Positions 1 to 8,551 of a DNA stretch of 64,000 nt are shown piece after piece. The notes beneath the pieces are model-generated. The model was not told the origin of the DNA and did no database searches. It worked only from the letters and a program-made list of their open reading frames with translations. Every line of letters begins with the position of its first letter. The first letter of the stretch is position 1. The DNA is from Candidatus Brocadiia bacterium. Its GTDB lineage: Bacteria > Planctomycetota > Brocadiia > CAIUPP01. Position numbers and translations under genes: made by a program. The stretch spans positions 1 through 64,000 of the forward strand of contig JBEKCB010000005.1 in NCBI GenBank assembly GCA_050015075.1, in the 5' to 3' direction.

Positions 1-285
1 GTCGGCGTCCAGAAAAGAGAGCCACTTCCCCTCGCTCTCCTTGATGCCGCGGTTCCTTGCTGCGCAGGGGCCCTCATTAGTTGTGGCCAGCGCTCGAATG
101 CGCCGGTCTCTTGCCGCCCATTGCTGAGCAATCTCCAGGGACTTGTCTCGCGACCCGTCATCAATGACCAGCGCTTCCCAGTCTGCACAGGTCTGTTCAT
201 GGACGCTGGCCAGTGTCTCGTTTATCGTGTCGGCTCTGTTGTAACACGGGATAATAATACTGACCTTCGGGGATGCCGGGGACAT
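1..285 (-). CDS. Glycosyltransferase family 2, 5' part (runs off the left edge)
   Basis: Manual translation from ATG 285: MSPASPKVSIIIPCYNRADTINETLASV...LVIDDGSRD...AARNRGI...LSFLDAD. These are the GT-A/GT2 motifs (IIPxYN, DDGS, ARNxG, DxD). Confidence 0.92.
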   Translation of the reverse strand, partial: MSPASPKVSIIIPCYNRADTINETLASVHEQTCADWEALVIDDGSRDKSLEIAQQWAARDRRIRALATTNEGPCAARNRGIKESEGKWLSFLDAD

Positions 286-408
286 AAGCGCTATTTCCTC
301 CACCTTCGCGGTGGGCGGCCTGGTCTTAGCGGATGCAGAACCCGCCCGGTCAACTTCTCCGCCAACTCGACGAACGATGCGCTCCCGGACGGCAGCCCGC
401 GGATTGCC

Positions 409-433
409 GGGGACGCAATACCAGTTATTTCCC
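409..433. repeat. 25-bp GGGGAC...CCC motif, copy A (direct repeat of 1886-1910)
   Basis: ggggacgcaataccagttatttccc versus ggggacataaaaccagttattcccc: 21/25 identical. Confidence 0.7.
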
Positions 434-555
434 TTCGCATGAACACTACTCCGGGAACAATAAATCAATTTCCGTTGCCGTCCGTCGCCCCTCGAATTGA
501 CCTATTACGATCCCGATTTGCCCGCTCCGGGAATATCCAAGTGCGCAACTACAGG

Positions 556-1203
556 CTAACGCTCAACGTAAAACCACCCCGGTCTGACTTGTCTCCTTAC
601 GGGCCATATCGAGTCCATATCCGATCCCGGTTCAATGCTCCCTGATGAAGTGTATACGTACCCTGCGGCCATGGTCAATGGAACCTCTTCTGTCATAAAC
701 TCGATCATAACAACGCCATCGGCGCATTTCTCTGCTCCTACGGAGTAAGTGAGCCACACCTCCGATTTCGCTTCCGGCAATGTTTGGTATCCGTTGTCCA
801 GCGATATACTTCCCGACTCAACACGATGAACAACGGCTTCGTATGATGGCAAGGACAACACAAAAAGCGCGCTACGGGCAGGCTCAACTAACCTGGGGGC
901 CAAGAATAAGGAAACGAGGCACACTGCGAGTGGGATGAGGGACAACCAACGGTGCTTCCGCCAGCGTTTGAAGATAGAAATGAAAGCGAAGATCGCTCCC
1001 ACTACCCCTATAATAAAGAGTGGGATAAAGAGCAACACAAGATTACTCCTGCGCGCACGCAAAAACACATAGCCGATACACGATATTACTGAAACCACAA
1101 CAGGGAACGTTACGATGTGGAACTTCCCCGTGTCCCGGACGCGCGCGTCGGAATGTCGGTCCGAGCCAGGGGCTTCCTGACCGTTCATTTCCTTCACTTG
1201 CAT
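556..1203 (-). CDS. Hypothetical membrane protein (about 3 N-terminal TM helices, soluble C-terminal domain)
   Basis: Within ORF 556..1353; start chosen at ATG 1203 (MQVKEM) to avoid overlap with the next gene. Hydrophobic stretches, then a domain ending GYVY...RQVRPGWFYVER. Lower GC than the backbone. Confidence 0.7.
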   Translation of the reverse strand: MQVKEMNGQEAPGSDRHSDARVRDTGKFHIVTFPVVVSVISCIGYVFLRARRSNLVLLFIPLFIIGVVGAIFAFISIFKRWRKHRWLSLIPLAVCLVSLFLAPRLVEPARSALFVLSLPSYEAVVHRVESGSISLDNGYQTLPEAKSEVWLTYSVGAEKCADGVVMIEFMTEEVPLTMAAGYVYTSSGSIEPGSDMDSIWPVRRQVRPGWFYVER

Positions 1204-1270
1204 GATGCACACCTGTCCTTGCGGCTCTGGTCCCTTAAAACGGGCGCCGGCCCCCGGTTTTCGCGTCGTT

Positions 1271-1864
1271 CTAGTCAGTCCTTTCAAACATAATGAACCA
1301 ATGTGGCTTAATCTGCCGCAAGTAATCTCCCGCCGGCAGCTTCTCCGCTCCATTCAAGTTCTTCAAGATAATTCCTTCCTTTTCTTCATACTCTCCGGAA
1401 ATGTATTCGATTCCCTTTCTCCACTCAGGCCGAATCGCTGCAAGCGCGCCGTCGCTTTCGGCAACTATGAATTTCACTATGCCGCCGGGATCCGATACGA
1501 CGTACGCGCCGGGCCATATTCGCTCGATCGAATTGTGGTACTCTCTTAAACGCACGCTAGGTAGCCCGGTTTCTCCCTCCATAAACGGCTGCTTCGGAAA
1601 GTCATTTATTGCCATGTGTGCTAACTTCTCTAACACATCGGAGTTGTTACGAAAAGCCGCCAGAATGGCCTCGTCGCTTGGAGGCGTCCCCTCCGCTCCC
1701 ACAGGAAAAAGCAATAACATCCCCTGAGGAAAAAGCATTATCGCCATAATGCTTGCGACAACGCTTGCGACAATGACACCTGCAGTTATGCGAAGCAGCA
1801 GATGGCTTCGCTTCCTGTTTAGGGACGCCTTGCCTCGACTGTTTTCTAAGGTAGATTGTTCCAC
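1271..1864 (-). CDS. Hypothetical single-TM membrane protein
   Basis: 197-aa ORF, GTG start, TM LLLRITAGVIVASVVASIMAIMLF, C-terminus GIEY...RQIKPHWFIMFERTD resembling the neighbouring gene. Confidence 0.7.
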   Translation of the reverse strand: MEQSTLENSRGKASLNRKRSHLLLRITAGVIVASVVASIMAIMLFPQGMLLLFPVGAEGTPPSDEAILAAFRNNSDVLEKLAHMAINDFPKQPFMEGETGLPSVRLREYHNSIERIWPGAYVVSDPGGIVKFIVAESDGALAAIRPEWRKGIEYISGEYEEKEGIILKNLNGAEKLPAGDYLRQIKPHWFIMFERTD

Positions 1865-1885
1865 GGAGAAGGCTCAAGGTTAGCT

Positions 1886-1910
1886 GGGGACATAAAACCA
1901 GTTATTCCCC
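1886..1910. repeat. 25-bp GGGGAC...CCC motif, copy B
   Basis: See 409-433; more degenerate relatives at 278-298 and about 451-474. Confidence 0.7.
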
Positions 1911-2003
1911 GCATCCTGGGGCCTATTGCGAGGCCCATGCGTCAATTGAACTTGCCCGCCGATCGTTCCATGAATTGACGTATTACGGTCTCGTTCTGCC
2001 CGC

Positions 2004-3155
2004 TCAGAAATACTCGACGAAGACGATCTTGCCGAGTTTCTCCAGGTTCAGCTTGATCTCGTTGGTGATGTGGGTTTTGAGGCCCAGGTCGCGCGGGAGG
2101 TTGGGGTTCTGGTGCGCGGGGTTCAGGGCGCGGCCGACCAGGAAGGTGACTTCGTCCGAGCCGAGCAGCAGCCGCGTCAGCGCGCTCGCGCCGTCCACCT
2201 TGAACTGGATCTCCTTCGCCGTCACGCCCCGCTTGAGGTTCTCGAGCGTGTGCGCGAGCGTCAGGACGCCCTCGGTCACCAGGTCAATTCCCTCGATGCG
2301 GCCGACCGGCGGGATTTCGGCCGAGCCGGTCGAGAGGTCCACCTCGTGCGCCCGGTCCAGCGTGCGCGCGAGGATGTTCGCCGTCGAGCCGCCGCAGCAG
2401 GCGTGCGCGCCGCGGCCGGCCATGAACCGCGCCACGACCGCCGCGTCGTCCGCCGGCCGGAGCGGAGGGCCGGTGAAGATCGTCGTGAAGCGCCGCCGCC
2501 GGACCTTGATGACCGCGATGGAGACGTCGTCGCCGGGCTTGCCCTCGTAGAGCTTCATCACCTTGTCGGCGAGGTCGTCGGCCACCTCCTGCGCGGAGAG
2601 TTCCGGGTGCGCGTGGGACTCCAGGTACTCGGCGATCGCCTGCCAGCCCCAGCCCAGGTCCGAGGCCGCGCCGATGCCGGCGTTGATGACGCCGTCGGAG
2701 ATCATGACGAGCCAGTCGCCCAGGCCGAGTTGGAGCTTCGCGTCGTGGATGCGCCGGTTCTGGATCATCCGGTCGCGGTAGCGCACCGGGCGGATCTTGC
2801 GGTCGCGCAGGACGAAGAGGTGCGGGTTGTCGAACTCCATCACGTTCGTCCGCCCGCCGGGGAAGAATTTTGCGACGGTGAAAGTGCTGTACGCCAGGTT
2901 GCGGACGGCGCAGACCGGGAGCGTTTCGCTCATCGTCTCGACCACGACGCGGACCGGCAGCCCTTCGGCGACCATGCGGCTGGCGATTTTCGAGGTCAGC
3001 GTGGCCAGGATGTTCGCTTTCACGCCGTGGCCGAGGCCGTCGGCCAGCACGAGCGTCAGGAAGCCCGGCTGCACGTTGAAGACGACGCTGTCGCCGCACA
3101 GTTCCTCGCCGTGCTGGTTGAGCTGGCGGCAGCCGAATTCGTAATGCACCCTCAT
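2004..3155 (-). CDS. SpoIIE/PP2C-family serine phosphatase (HfsC-like)
   Basis: Metal-binding motifs ELCGD, LADGLGHG, SDGV, GDDVS, plus the C-terminal domain (CGGSTA, LVTEGVLTL, GRALNPAHQ) typical of phosphatases next to sensory [FeFe]-hydrogenases. ATGA-coupled to the upstream gene. Confidence 0.9.
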   Translation of the reverse strand: MRVHYEFGCRQLNQHGEELCGDSVVFNVQPGFLTLVLADGLGHGVKANILATLTSKIASRMVAEGLPVRVVVETMSETLPVCAVRNLAYSTFTVAKFFPGGRTNVMEFDNPHLFVLRDRKIRPVRYRDRMIQNRRIHDAKLQLGLGDWLVMISDGVINAGIGAASDLGWGWQAIAEYLESHAHPELSAQEVADDLADKVMKLYEGKPGDDVSIAVIKVRRRRFTTIFTGPPLRPADDAAVVARFMAGRGAHACCGGSTANILARTLDRAHEVDLSTGSAEIPPVGRIEGIDLVTEGVLTLAHTLENLKRGVTAKEIQFKVDGASALTRLLLGSDEVTFLVGRALNPAHQNPNLPRDLGLKTHITNEIKLNLEKLGKIVFVEYF

Positions 3156-4828
3156 TCGATTTTTTCCTGCCGCGCGAGGTTCATCAGCTTCACGAGCAGC
3201 GCCTTGGTCTCGGCGGTGGTCTCGCCGAGGAGGCCGGCGATTTCCTGGGCGGTCTTCATCTGGCGCGTGATGACCTCCTGCGCGCGGTCGAGCGTGGCCT
3301 CGCGCACGCGCTCGAACTCCTGCCGGGCCACCGCCTCGCGCGAGATGTCCACGATCACCGCCGCCAGCAGCGGCTCGCCCTCGATGGGAAAAATCTGCGC
3401 GCGGTAGACCACGTTGAGCGCCGGCGCCTCGCCGCGCCCGGACCAGGTTCCGCCGGCGGCGGCCGCGCGCTCGAAAATATCGTTCTGGAGCACCTCGGCC
3501 ACCGGCCGGCCCTTGATCTCGCCCGATTCACACTGGAACATCTTGCGGAAAGCGGGGTTGGCGAACTCGATGCGCATCGTGTCGCGGTTCACCTGCACCA
3601 CGCCGTTGGCGGTGTACTGCATGATCAGGCTGATGCGGTGCGCCTGCCGCCGCATGAACGGCATGCACATCTCGACCTCGGCCATGCCGTCGAAGACCGC
3701 GGCGGCCAGCTCGCGGCACCGGTCGTAGCCGCAGGCGCCGCAGTTGAGTTCGTCCTCGCGGCTCGCCACGCCGATGCGGGCGAGGGTCTTCGCAATCTGC
3801 TCCTCGGTCGGCTGCGGGCGCGTGGTGTGGCGGTTGACGAACGTGCGCGAGAGGTCGAGATCGGCGCCTTCCTCGATGCCGTCCGGCGCCAGCGGGCTGT
3901 CCTTGGGATAGAGGAACGCGCTGGCCTCGGGCACGCGGGCGAGCAGTCGCGGCGAGCCGATGGCGCATCCGTAACGGCACGTCGCCATCTCCACCACCGT
4001 GCCCGGCGCGATGCGCCGCGAAGACTTCAGGAATTCCACGCACTCGTCCACCCCGTAAACCGGCAGGATGTCGCGGACCCATTCGAGCGGCGGGCCGGCG
4101 TCATCCATCCGCAGCGCCCGCTTCGGCTTGCGCGGCGCCGCTTCAGCGTCGGCGCGCGGGGCCGGCGCTTCCTCGTGCGCGCGCCACTGCCGGAACTCGT
4201 GGAAGGTGATCGCCGCGTCGAGCGCGTCGCCGCCGGGGCTGTGCAGCAGTTCCCCTTTGCTCGCCGGCTCCGGGCCGATGTGGACGACCTTCACTTCGCC
4301 CAGCCCGCGCGACCGGGCGCGCGCCTTGATCATGCGCGCATGCGCCTCGGCATGAGAGACGATCGGCGCCAGCGACGCCAGCGCTTCCGGGTGATAGCGC
4401 TCGACGAGCGCAACGACCGACGGGCAGCCGCTGGCGATGACGTAGCTCCCGCGCTCGCGGGCGATCTGGCGATAGCGGCTCCAGACCACCCGCAGCGCGC
4501 GCGTCGTCGCCTCGGCCCCGGCGAAGCCCAGCCGCAGCAGCGCCGGCATCATCTCCGCCACCACCGGCCGGATGCGCGCGCTCTCCATCAGCGCGACGCT
4601 GGCGATGACCGGCGTCCCCGAAGCGATCATCTCCTTCACCGCCGCGACTCCGCCGCGGACGCGGATCGCCCGGCGCGGGCACTCGCGCACGCACTGCCCG
4701 CAGTACAGGCAGCGCTCCGCCACGACCCGCGCGTGGCCTTCCTGCACGGTGATGGCGTGCACCGGGCACTTGCGCAGACAGCGGTAGCAGTCGCGGCAGG
4801 TCTTGGAAACGATCTCGACGACGGGCAT
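3152..4828 (-). CDS. Sensory (group C) [FeFe]-hydrogenase homologue with 2x[4Fe-4S], extra FeS and PAS domains (HfsB/HydS-like); H-cluster motif degenerate
   Basis: CRDCYRCLRKCP and CLYCGQCVRECP; ASGCPSV (P1), GPEPASKGE (P2), EMATCRYGCAIG (P3); LNCGACGYDRC...MCMP; PAS (ANGVVQVN...FANPAF); C-terminal QMKTAQEIAGLLGETTAETK helix. Confidence 0.88.
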   Translation of the reverse strand: MPVVEIVSKTCRDCYRCLRKCPVHAITVQEGHARVVAERCLYCGQCVRECPRRAIRVRGGVAAVKEMIASGTPVIASVALMESARIRPVVAEMMPALLRLGFAGAEATTRALRVVWSRYRQIARERGSYVIASGCPSVVALVERYHPEALASLAPIVSHAEAHARMIKARARSRGLGEVKVVHIGPEPASKGELLHSPGGDALDAAITFHEFRQWRAHEEAPAPRADAEAAPRKPKRALRMDDAGPPLEWVRDILPVYGVDECVEFLKSSRRIAPGTVVEMATCRYGCAIGSPRLLARVPEASAFLYPKDSPLAPDGIEEGADLDLSRTFVNRHTTRPQPTEEQIAKTLARIGVASREDELNCGACGYDRCRELAAAVFDGMAEVEMCMPFMRRQAHRISLIMQYTANGVVQVNRDTMRIEFANPAFRKMFQCESGEIKGRPVAEVLQNDIFERAAAAGGTWSGRGEAPALNVVYRAQIFPIEGEPLLAAVIVDISREAVARQEFERVREATLDRAQEVITRQMKTAQEIAGLLGETTAETKALLVKLMNLARQEKIE

Positions 4829-4870
4829 GTGGGATTCCTTATGATCGTGGACCGGCGAAACGGACCGCGG

Positions 4871-5167
4871 TCAACTCTGGGCGGCCGGCTCTCGGCCGTC
4901 GGCGCTTACGGCGCGCGGTTCGGGACGGAGCTTGCTCAGGACTTTGTCTTGGAAAATCCGCTCCGCGTCCTTCAGGTTATGCGCGCTCAGCGGCTCGCCG
5001 TCAATATCCATATTGACGCCCTCCGCGCAGCGCTCCATGCAGAAACTTCCCCGGAGGCTGACCTGGTCTTTGAGGCGGTGCTCGGCGATGATGTCACTGT
5101 AGCGTTGAAGGATCTCGTGCGAGCCGCGCACGTGGCATGAACTGCCGACGCAGACCGTAATGACCAC
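4871..5167 (-). CDS. Thioredoxin-like [2Fe-2S] ferredoxin (HfsA/NuoE C-terminal-like), about 98 aa
   Basis: Last part of the 4871..8473 frame: VITVCVGSSCHVRGS...GSFCMERCAEGVN. GTG 5167 preceded by GGAGGAG (alternative ATG 5200). Confidence 0.88.
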   Translation of the reverse strand: MVITVCVGSSCHVRGSHEILQRYSDIIAEHRLKDQVSLRGSFCMERCAEGVNMDIDGEPLSAHNLKDAERIFQDKVLSKLRPEPRAVSADGREPAAQS

Positions 5168-5213
5168 TGCGTTTTCTCCTCCGATCCTTGCTTCATCCAT
5201 TTTATCACGCGCG

Positions 5214-5315
5214 GCGCGAAAAACGAAAAGCGAAAGTGCAAATTGGGAAGCGGAAAGTGTAAAATGGCCCGCGCAGCGCCGCTGTTTCGCATTTTTCGCC
5301 TTGTATTTCGCGCCT
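5214..5315. repeat. Degenerate 7-mer tandem arrays in inverted arrangement
   Basis: gcgcgaa aaacgaa aagcgaa agtgcaa attggga agcggaa agtgtaa ... tttcgca tttttcg ccttgta tttcgcg, between divergent genes. Confidence 0.6.
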
Positions 5316-5338
5316 TGCCACGGAGGTTTCGAGCCGCC

Positions 5339-8300
5339 ATGAACGCGCCCCGTCGCGCGCTGGTCCAGGGCTTGTTCCCTGCGCTCGAAACCGCGCTCTT
5401 CGCGCAGGTCCGGGAACTGAGGGGCGCCGCGCCGCCCTGCGACCGGCTCCAGCCGCTCGCGGTCCTCGTGCCGAACGCGATGCTCCAGCTCCACTTGAGC
5501 CGGGCGCTGGCCGAGAGCGGCCTGGCGCACGCCAACATTCACTTCCTCACCCTTCGCCATCTGGCCGACCGGCTCGCCGGGGCGCGGCTGGCGACGGAAG
5601 GCCGGGCGAAACTTCGAGACGAAATCGTCGAGATGGGCGCCGCGGCGGGCCGGGCGGCGCGCGAGCTGGAATCGCGGCTCGAATACTTCCGCCCCGTCGC
5701 GCACCAGGAAGGATTCCACAGCGCGCTCTTCGAGACGCTGCGCGACCTGAAGAACGCCGGCGTCCGGCCGGACGGGATGCAGCGCGCGATCCAGCGGATG
5801 TCGGCGCGCCGGGACGGCGTTCTGCGGGGCAAGCTCGCCGAGGTCGCGCTGCTCTGGGAGCGGAGCGAGCGGATCAAGGAGGAGCGAAAGCTGTACGACG
5901 AGGCCGACCTGCTCGAAGCGGCCGCGCGCGAGGCGGAGCGCTCGCCATGGCTGAAGGAGTTGGCGCAGTTCATCGTTTACGGGTTCTACGATCTGACCGG
6001 CGCGCAGCAGCGGCTGCTGGCGGCGTGCTTCCCGCGCGCGCCCGCCACGGTGTACTTCCCGTTCGCCGACGAGCCGGCCTACCGCTACGCGCGGCCGGCG
6101 CTGGCCTGGTTCCGCGGCCAGGGATTCGCTGCTCGTAGTGTGCCCGTAAGGGCATACGTAGCGCCTGACGGCGCCACTACGAGCGAGGTGCTCTTCATCT
6201 CCGCGCCCGGCGAGGCGCGCGAAGTCGCCGAGGTCGCGCGCGAGGTCCTCCACCGCGCGCCGTCCGGCTCCGAAGGCCGGTCCGCCGGAAGCGTGGCGGG
6301 CGCGCCGCGGATCGGCATTCTGCTTCGCTCGCCGGGGGCTTACGTCGAATTGCTCCATGAAGCCTTCGCCTCCGCGCAGGTCCACGCGTATTTCGCCCGC
6401 GACGCCGCGCCGGCGCTCTCGCGCACCCCCGCCGGGCGCGCGCTGGAGAACCTCGCCGGGCTCGCCGGCGGCCCGCTGCGCCGCGCGGAGGTGATGGATT
6501 TCCTGACCGGCGCGCCGCTGAAACCGGCGGGGTCGCTCTTCGATCCGCCGCCGGTGGCGGAATGGAACGCCATCACCATCGCCGCGGGGATCGTCGAGGG
6601 CCGCCGCCAGTGGGAATCGCGCCTCGACAACGCCGTTCGCGGCGGGTCGGCCGGAGAAAGAGCCGCGTTCGCCGCGACGCTCCCCGCCTTCCGCGCGTTC
6701 CTCAAGCGCCTTTTCGACGGCCTCGAAAAGATCGCCGCTCAGCCGAAATGGCGCGGGCGCATGACGGCGCTGATCGAGCTTTACCGCGCGCTGATCGTCA
6801 TGGACGAGCCGGCCGAGGAGGCCCTCGCCGCGCTCGACACGCTTTCCGGACTCGACGAGATGGGCGAGCCGCCGACGCCGGAACGGTTCCGCGCGCGCGT
6901 CCGCGATCTCCTCGCCGACGCGCGCCCCGCCATCGGCGCCTTCGAGCGCAACGAGCCGGCCGTCGTCAGCCTCATGGCGGCGCGCGGCGTGCCATTTGAT
7001 CTCGTCATCGTGCCGGGCCTGGTGGAGAAATCGTTCCCGCAGCCGGCGCGGCAGGACCCGATCCTGCTCGATGCCGAGCGCGAACAGCTCGCCGAGCAGC
7101 TCGCGCGGGCGGGCAGCCCGGCCGACATTCCGCTCAAGGCTCGGCGCCGCGAGGAGGAAGAACTGCTCTTCGCGCTCGCGGTCCAATCGGCGCGCCGGCG
7201 GCTGGTGCTGACGTTCCCGCGGCTCGACGCGGCCACCGCGCGCGAGCGCGTGCCTTCGCACTTCCTGCTGCGCATGCTCGAAACGCTCTCCGGCAAAGCG
7301 CCCGACTACCGCGACCTGGACCAGTTCATCCGGCTCCACGGCCGGTTCGTCCGGACGACGCGCTTCGACCCGAAGGCGCGCGACCGCGCCGTCAGCGCGC
7401 TCGAATACGACCTCGCTGCGTTCGGCAAAGTCGAGCATGACCGCGCGCCCGACGCGCTCGTCTATTTCCTGAATGACGAGCGCCGCTTTTTCGCGCTCGC
7501 GATGGAGGCGGAATCCGCGCGATGGGGAAATGCAAATTTCTCCAGGTACGACGGCGTTGTGCAGTCGCCGGGCCTGGCGCGCGCGCTCGGGAAGCGGCTG
7601 TACGACGAGGCGCGCCCGGTCTCGCCGACGCGGCTGGAGGATTACGCCCAATGCCCCTTCTCGTACCTGCTCAAGCACGTGTTCGGCCTCGAGGCGACCG
7701 ATGAGCCGGAGCGCGTGGCGACGCTTTCGCCGCAGGACCGCGGGTCGCTGGTGCACGAGGTGCTCCGGCAATTCCTCTCCGACGCAGCGCGCGCCGGGGC
7801 GCTGCCGCTGACGGAAGAGCACTGGCCGCGCCTGCAGGCGGTCGCGGCGGCGTGCTTCGGCGAATTCGAGCGGCGCGGCGTCACCGGCTACCCGATGCTC
7901 TGGCGGATCGAGCAGGCTCGGCTGCTCGAGGACCTCCACGAATTCCTCGATCGCGAGATCGCCGGCCAAGGCTCGTTCAACCCGGCGCACTTCGAGGTGC
8001 GCTTCGGCATGCCCCAACGCGACGAGCGGGAGAGCCGCGCCTCCACCCGGAAGCCGGCGCTGCTGGAAGTGGAGCCCGGCGCGCCGATCCGGTTCTGCGG
8101 CAAGATTGACCGCGTGGACGTGGACCCGGCCGCGCGCCGATGCCGCGTTCTCGATTACAAGACCGGCGCGAATTACCTGCGGCTCCAGAACGATTCCTTC
8201 CACGGCGGGCGGGCGCTGCAACTGCCGATCTACCTCATCGCCGCGCGGCTCGTGTTCCCGGACCTCGAGGCGGAATACGCCGAGTATTATTACTCCAGCC

Positions 8301-8551
8301 GGCGCGGCGACTGGCGAAAAGTCCGGTTCACGACCGAGGGCTGGCGGGAAAAAGCCGGGACGCTCCAACGCATCGTGCGGACGATCCTCAACGGCATCCG
8401 CGCCGGCAGGTTCTTCCCGGCGCCGGTCGAGGCCGATTGCGACCGCTGCGAGTTCCGCCTCGCCTGCGGTCACGGCCGTTTCCTGGATTTCAAGTGGATG
8501 GCCGACACGCAGACGACGGCGGAGTTCAGGGCGATGGCGGAAATCCCATGA
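5339..8551 (+). CDS. addB: ATP-dependent helicase/nuclease subunit B (AddB/RexB-like, PD-(D/E)XK nuclease)
   Basis: ATG 5339 after GGAGG. Inactive helicase-like N-terminus; C-terminal SPTRLEDYAQCPF, GSLVH, GKIDRVD, LDYKTG, LQLPIY, CDRCEFRLAC (Fe-S staple). Coupled to a UvrD-type gene. Confidence 0.88.
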   Translation: MNAPRRALVQGLFPALETALFAQVRELRGAAPPCDRLQPLAVLVPNAMLQLHLSRALAESGLAHANIHFLTLRHLADRLAGARLATEGRAKLRDEIVEMGAAAGRAARELESRLEYFRPVAHQEGFHSALFETLRDLKNAGVRPDGMQRAIQRMSARRDGVLRGKLAEVALLWERSERIKEERKLYDEADLLEAAAREAERSPWLKELAQFIVYGFYDLTGAQQRLLAACFPRAPATVYFPFADEPAYRYARPALAWFRGQGFAARSVPVRAYVAPDGATTSEVLFISAPGEAREVAEVAREVLHRAPSGSEGRSAGSVAGAPRIGILLRSPGAYVELLHEAFASAQVHAYFARDAAPALSRTPAGRALENLAGLAGGPLRRAEVMDFLTGAPLKPAGSLFDPPPVAEWNAITIAAGIVEGRRQWESRLDNAVRGGSAGERAAFAATLPAFRAFLKRLFDGLEKIAAQPKWRGRMTALIELYRALIVMDEPAEEALAALDTLSGLDEMGEPPTPERFRARVRDLLADARPAIGAFERNEPAVVSLMAARGVPFDLVIVPGLVEKSFPQPARQDPILLDAEREQLAEQLARAGSPADIPLKARRREEEELLFALAVQSARRRLVLTFPRLDAATARERVPSHFLLRMLETLSGKAPDYRDLDQFIRLHGRFVRTTRFDPKARDRAVSALEYDLAAFGKVEHDRAPDALVYFLNDERRFFALAMEAESARWGNANFSRYDGVVQSPGLARALGKRLYDEARPVSPTRLEDYAQCPFSYLLKHVFGLEATDEPERVATLSPQDRGSLVHEVLRQFLSDAARAGALPLTEEHWPRLQAVAAACFGEFERRGVTGYPMLWRIEQARLLEDLHEFLDREIAGQGSFNPAHFEVRFGMPQRDERESRASTRKPALLEVEPGAPIRFCGKIDRVDVDPAARRCRVLDYKTGANYLRLQNDSFHGGRALQLPIYLIAARLVFPDLEAEYAEYYYSSRRGDWRKVRFTTEGWREKAGTLQRIVRTILNGIRAGRFFPAPVEADCDRCEFRLACGHGRFLDFKWMADTQTTAEFRAMAEIP
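6131..6184. repeat. REP-like palindromic element in frame inside addB
   Basis: Perfect 10-bp terminal IR gctcgtagtg...cactacgagc enclosing hairpins tgccc-gtaa-gggca and gcgcc-tgac-ggcgc; 54 bp = 18 codons. Confidence 0.7.

Noticed and set aside
121-645. 174-aa plus-strand ORF
   Set aside because: Overlaps the clear GT2 gene on the opposite strand and has no recognisable features.
434-1990. Integron cassette array
   Set aside because: No RYYYAAC...GTTRRRY attC structure after the stops of the minus-strand genes and no integrase.
4871-8473. 1200-aa minus-strand ORF
   Set aside because: Antisense shadow of addB in high-GC DNA; only the last 98 codons (2Fe-2S protein with its own RBS) look real.
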